From: the human T2T-CHM13v2.0 reference genome, Homo sapiens
DNA length: 64,000 bases
Assembly (NCBI RefSeq): GCF_009914755.1
Contig: NC_060938.1
Strand: one strand, 5' to 3'
Positions 55,870 through 64,000 of this stretch are shown one piece after another (positions within the stretch are counted from its first letter, which is position 1; each line of letters begins with the position of its first letter). The position numbers and the translations under genes were made by a program. The notes under the pieces are model-generated. The model was not told the origin of the DNA and searched no databases. It saw nothing but the letters and a program-made list of their open reading frames with translations.

Positions 55870-56619
55870 CTTTTTGCTTATTGAGAAACAGCAGTGGGGG
55901 CGGGGCGCCAGGACCTAGAGGCCCAGGGCCCTTTGTGGCCGCAGGACTTTGGTTGGAACTCGAGTCTTCTTCAGGCTTCCGTGGCAACATGGGCGTCTCA
56001 GGCTCCAGGGCTCCGTCTCCAGGGGGCAGCTCGGGGCCAGGCTGGGGCTCAGTTGAGGGGTAGTCGAGGAAGGAACCCGGCTCGGCCAGGCCCCGCCGGC
56101 TTGGCGCACGCTCCTCGGCCCGGACGCCAGTCTCCTCCCGGATGGCATCCAGGGCGCTGGGCTTCATCGGGGGTGAGTCCTGCTCCCGCTTGGGGCTCTC
56201 CTCCGAGGCCGAGGAGGCGTCGCACGACTCGATGATGAGCTCGCTGTCCAGCTCGGCCTCGCGCTCCTCCCTCAGGATGCTGTACTGGATGGATGGCGAG
56301 GCGGGCGAGGGCGGCGGGCCGCCCACGTGGCCAAAGCTCACATAGCCTGAGGGCAGCGCGTCCTCCGCGGCCATGGGGTCCTCGGACACCAGCTCGATCT
56401 CTGAGTCCCCCGACTCCGCGCTGCTGGCCTCGTGGTCCAGGGGGCTGGGGATGGTTGGCGGTCCGGACCTGGCCTTGACCTCGGGCCTGTCGGCCAGCTG
56501 GCCCACCGGCCGTGGGTTCTCGGCGGTTTCATACGATAATCCCTTTGCTTCTTTGATGGCGGTGATCAGCTCATCCTCGGAGATGCTGCCTTTCCCCTGG
56601 GATTCTGCAGCAGATGGTT
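55870..56619 (-). CDS. RTN1: Reticulon-1 internal coding exon (exon 3 of RTN1-A; 750 bp, phase 1-1); contains the RTN1-B start Met (ATG at 56374-56372)
   Basis: The translation EPSAAESQGKGSISEDELITAIKEAKGLSYE...MAAEDALPSG...PPPLLFLNKQK matches human RTN1-A as I recall it, directly before the RHD (AIDLLYWRD, not in this window). Acceptor GACAG|AACC (AG at 56621-56620) and donor AAAG|GTAAAG (GT at 55869-55868). It lies within ORF 55838..56758. The MAAED Met falls at codon 421 if the exon starts at c.1016, consistent with the recalled 776-aa A and 356-aa B isoforms. Confidence 0.97.
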
Positions 56620-56670
56620 CTGTCGTCCCACAGAGCGAAGGAGAGCCACGGAGGCACACACACGGACAGA
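55890..56670. promoter_or_regulatory. Intragenic CpG-island-like segment over the exon
   Basis: Visibly high GC and dense CpGs (e.g. ggcgaggcgggcgagggcggcgggccgcc) against a CpG-depleted, AT-rich background. Exact CpG observed/expected ratio not computed. Confidence 0.75.
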
Positions 56671-57714
56671 CAGATGGACAGAGAGAGGAGGGATAAAACA
56701 AAATTCCATTAGGCGAGATGTTTTGTCGTTGCTTGAGAAACACATATCTCATTAGCACAAAAATAATCTGTTTCCAGGGCTATGCTGGAAAGACAGGCCA
56801 CCTGAACTAAAAGGCTAATTACTGTTATGGCCCAATTAATTAGTGTTTTACAGACCTCTCTATCTTCAGCTAGCTATTTTAAAAAATGACCCAGCAATAT
56901 CTTAGCAACAGAATCTCAGTTGGTGTTCCTGTTTCAATGCAGAGAAGATTCTACAAGTCATCGTTTTAATTTCTGATTCATTCTCTCAGGGAACTTTTTC
57001 AATTTCACAGATTTTATCAGATAATCTGATGTATACAGCACTCTAATTGGGCCCACGAATATCAACAAATCTGAAAATCACCCATTATTCCTCGTCCATT
57101 GCTGTTTATATCCTCTCCTTTAGCAAGACAAAGCAGGTAGTTTTGAGCCTTGGACACAACTTGACTTCTGAGCTTTATATTTCCAATAAGAATCAGTATC
57201 TTTTTTTTTTTTGCAACTAAGTGGAGCAATGTAAGAGATCACTTCTGCCAATTCCACCAAGCAGGCTGTGCAGATTACCATAATGGACTATCCTGCAAGG
57301 CTTTCCATAGTGGCAGCCCACTGTATTCTTTCCCTTTCTTCTCCTCTCTTCACTTCCTCTAGAGAAGAACAAAACCTGAGAGTCACTCCTGGTCCCTGGA
57401 TGAATGCCTGCCTTCTGCCTGATGTTTATCCAGATGGCCTAAAGGCTACACTGGCAATCTTGCTGAGCTTTCCCTCCCATAGATGAGACGACCTGGGATC
57501 ACCATGACAACAGTGTTCAAGAGTCTCGTTTTCCCTTGCCATACAGAAGGGCTTTATTTTAGAATATCTTAGTGGGATCTGGTCCTTTTGTTAGCAATAA
57601 CTAGTTGCATTTATCCAAAGCTTTGAGGGATCTGTGGCTTTAGGACTGTGGGAGAACCCCAAATGGATAAAACATTTTAGATTTTCCTAATTATTTATGA
57701 ATCAGAATTGATTT

Positions 57715-58312
57715 TATTCTTTATCCATATTCATTCATCTGTTATTTATTGAGAACCTAATATGTGTTAGGCCCTTTTCTACACACTTGGGATATATTAG
57801 CGAATGAAACAGATAACAAAGTCTCTGCTTATACTCTAGTGGAGGGAACACAATATACAAACAATATATATAGTAAATAAGTAAAGTATATAGTATGTTA
57901 GAAGATGTTAAGTGTTATGGAAAAAAGTAGAGTAGGGTAAGGAAACACAAGTTCTGGGTCAGGGTGGAGATGAGTTTGCAATTTTAAATAGGGGAGTCCG
58001 TGTAGGCCTCATTGAGAAAGTAACCTATATTTAACACTTGAAGCAGGTGAGAGAGTGACTCATGAAGATATCCAGAGGAAAAGCACGTCATGCAGAGGAA
58101 AACAGATAATGCAAAGGCTCAGAGGTGGGAGCTGCACTGATTCCCAGGTATCATAGGCAGGCCATTATGTCTGGGCAAAGTGAATAAGTTGGGAAATAAG
58201 AGATCAGTGACCCAAGGAGTTGGGGCAGATCATGTAGGATCTCATGGGGCTTTTATTCTGAGTGAGATTAGAAGACATTGGAGGGCTTTAAGCAGAGGAA
58301 GGATATGATCTA
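57715..58312 (-). mobile_element. L2 3' region
   Basis: cattcatctgttatttattgagaacctaatatgtg...ggcctcattgagaaagtaac...ttggagggctttaagcagagg...atgatct. Confidence 0.75.
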
Positions 58313-58681
58313 TGGGTTCCCCCCTTTTTTAGTAACTTAAAACAACAACTACTTCATTATCTCTCATATGATTCATGTTTTTAAAAATTTATTCTATGAT
58401 CCTCAACTCTATTTTTACAGGAGTTAGTTCCTTAATAAGTTGTACACATAGTGGTTTGATATGATTTCAGACAGCGGAAAAGTGTGAAAGTTTCACCAGC
58501 TTACTTCTGAGTGGTTGACTAGAGCACGGAGAAATAAGATAAGGAGTGGTGTAAATTAAGAAATATTCTGTACCTCCAGAGCACTGCTAGTAGCAGCAGC
58601 ATCCTCTGCTGGGTGTCACGCACTTTACATATGGAACTTAGGGTCTAGGGACAATAGATTAAGCTACTTGTCCAAGGTCAC

Positions 58682-59093
58682 TGTAGTGGTTTTCTCTCTG
58701 CCCGCTTGGATCCATTCCTTTCTTTCTCTGCCCTCTCCTGTGCTCTGAGAGGCTGACCTACATAGAAAGCATACCCAGGATTCCTTTCCCTTTGGTTTCT
58801 GGTTGTTTTTAGCCAATAGGAAGCCCAAGGGCTGGGATGAAGGAGATGTTGAGATATTTATACCCTCTGCTGCTTCTGAAGTTCCAGCTCTTAGCAGGCT
58901 TCAAGAACGCTGTTCCTTCCTCTTGGTCTTTAGGTCTAGGGGTAGTAACAGCTCCCTAATGTTAAGGCTTTGGCATCATTTGTCGGTTTTCTTGGCCATC
59001 TTTACACTTCTGTAAATAGCCCCTTCTTTAAACTCTCTTCAGTCACAACCTTTGAGTGTGTCACTTTTTTCTTGCTAGGACCCTAGATGATAT
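58682..59093 (+). mobile_element. ERVL LTR (LTR33-like) inserted in a MIR
   Basis: gaggctgacct...tttggtttctggttg...gccaatagga...ctttaaactctcttcag...ctttgagtgtg; MIR sequence on both sides. Confidence 0.65.
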
Positions 59094-59239
59094 AACTACA
59101 TGGTTAGAAATTATTTGACCTGAATTTGAATGCATGTCTATTTCATGTGTTTTACACTATATCATGCTACATCTTTTTAAAAGGGGGATGCAGTCTGAGA
59201 TGTGGCAAGTTATATTTTGGGGCATGAGAAGGAGAGGAA

Positions 59240-60458
59240 AAGTGAACTGGATAACCACAAGAAAAAGAATGAAATTAAACCCCTACCTCATGTTGTATTT
59301 TAAAATTTCCTTCAAATGGGTCAATAGCCTAAATATAAGAGCTAAAATCATAAAACTCTAGAAGAAAACATAGAAGTAAATCTTCATGACCTTGGATTAG
59401 AAATCGTTTCAGAGATATGACACCAAAAACAGAAGCAACAAAAGAAAAACTAATAAACTGGGCTTTTGTGCTTCAGAGAATACCATAAAGAAAGTGAAAG
59501 CACAATCAACAGAACAGGAGAAAATATTTGCAAATCATATATCTGATAAGGGACTCATATCTAGAATATATGACAAACTATTACGACTCAATAATAAAAG
59601 GCAAGCCAATTAAAAATGGGCAAAGAACTTCAATAGACAGTTCTCCAAAGGCAATTTACAAATGGCCAAAATGCACATGAAAATATGCCCAACATCATTA
59701 TTCACCAGAGAAATGCGAATCAAAACTACTGTGAGATACTACTTCATAACCATACTAGGATGGCTATAATCAAAAAGCCAGATAAAAACAAGTTCTGGAA
59801 AAGATTTAGAGAAATTGGAACCTTTATGCACTGCTGGTGGGAATGAAAAATGTTGTAACTGCTTTGGACAAAAGTCTGACAGCTCCTTAAATATTTAAAC
59901 ATAGAGTCATCATATGATCCAGTAATTCCACTCCTAGGTATCTACCCAAGAGAAATGAAAGTATATGTCCACACAAAAAACTTGTACATGAATGTTCATA
60001 ACAGCATTATTCATAATAGCCAGAAAAGGTAGAAACAATCTAATATCCATCAACTGATAAATGGATAAATAAAAATGTAATATATCCATACAATGGAATA
60101 TTATTTAGACATAAAAAGGAGTGAAGTACTGATATGTGTTACAACATGGCTAAATATTAAAAACAGTGAAATAAGTCAGTCACAAAGGACCACATATTAT
60201 GTGAGCCCATTCATATGAAATGTCCAGAATAAGTAAATTTATAGAGAAAGAAAGAAGAGTAGTAGCTATGGGGAGTGGGGAGATTTGGAGGGTGAGAAAA
60301 GGGGGTGCAGGGTTTCTTTTTGGGGTAATAAGATGCTCTAAAATTTATTGCAGTGATGGATCACAACTCTGTGAATATACTAAAAACCATGGAAATGTAC
60401 ATTTAAATGAATTGTATAGTATATGGATTATATCTCAATAAAGCTGTTTAAAAAAAAA
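59240..60458 (+). mobile_element. L1MB 3' part
   Basis: ORF2 C-terminal remnants and a 3' UTR ending tatatctcaataaagctgtttaaaaa. Confidence 0.85.
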
Positions 60459-61246
60459 TGGAAGTTTGGCCTTGAATCTAAACTTGGATTGTACTACAAG
60501 TGAAAAGTAATGCTTTTATTATGTTAAGCCACCAAGATTTTGGGATTTATCTGAATTCTACTGAATACATCATTTCACTCTGGATTGTACCCTTACTGCT
60601 TGCCTCAGTTCACTGGCAACTTCCCAATCGTTTTTGAGTTCTCATCTTATTTGTCTTCTCAACAGTATTTGACACACTGTCCACTCCTCCTTTGGTGTCT
60701 GCAACCCTACTTTCTTCAGATTTTCCTCCTAGCTCTCCTGATCTCATCTCTTCTCAGATATGAAATGTTGGTCTCCCCCAGAGTTCTTCCCTAGGCTCTC
60801 TTCTTACTCCACTCCATCTCAAGGTGATTTTACCCATTTCCACCATCACTAGGTCCCAATTACCATTACTGTGCTTATGACTCACAGTATTCCCTGCCGC
60901 TCCTAGAGAATAAAAAGAAAACAAAACAGAATGGGCTAGGTGCAATTGTGTTGTACAATGTTCTAGAGAAACTTAGAGGAGGTCATTGAGGAAGCTGCAC
61001 TTGAATTGATCTTGGAACAGAAACAGAACCTTGAAAGGCAGGCATTGTTCAAGAGTGAACTCCAAAAGCAAAGATATGGAAGTGAAAAAGGAAGGGGTCT
61101 GCTCAAAGAAGGACAAAGTCAAACGTTTAACTGGAGTATTATTGGGAATGATGCAGGGTTGATGTAACTGAAAATGGAAGCAGGCCCCTGGTCATGGAAG
61201 GCCCTGAAAACTAGTTTAAAAGTTAATCCTGAAGAAGTAGGTATAT

Positions 61247-64000
<2,754 letters not shown>

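Noticed and set aside
55881-56696. Multiple overlapping plus-strand and alternate-frame ORFs over the exon
   Set aside because: Expected in GC-rich coding DNA with few stop codons; no independent evidence.
55838-56758. The 306-aa ORF as a standalone single-exon gene
   Set aside because: Canonical splice sites delimit the RTN1-matching part. The ends (MLMRYV... and GKGSQAGMLG) are intronic read-through, and I saw no nearby downstream poly(A) signal.

Overview
This is mammalian DNA, almost certainly human, since it carries a human-specific AluYb8. The window lies inside the RTN1 (reticulon-1 / NSP) gene, which is transcribed on the minus strand. The only supportable coding sequence is one 750-bp, phase 1-1, GC/CpG-rich exon (56619->55870). 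It encodes the acidic, proline-rich segment of RTN1-A just before the reticulon homology domain and contains the RTN1-B start Met. The rest is intron dominated by retroelements: about 12 Alus, two L1s retaining tandemly repeated 5' UTRs, L1M/L1PB fragments, ERV1/MaLR/ERVL solo LTRs, hAT DNA transposons and L2/MIR/CR1 relics. All other ORFs in the track look like repeat-derived or chance ORFs. I found no convincing new gene system. The best leads concern exon 3: a 110-nt AG-exclusion zone with a distant branch point; a frame-symmetric, stop-free exon flanked by inverted Alus (possible circRNA with an endless ORF); an upstream L1 5' end whose antisense promoter would face the exon; and an exonic CTCF motif. 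An intronic nuclear-receptor motif cluster is also notable. Repeat subfamily names, exon numbering and isoform lengths are recalled from memory and need RepeatMasker/Dfam or RefSeq confirmation.
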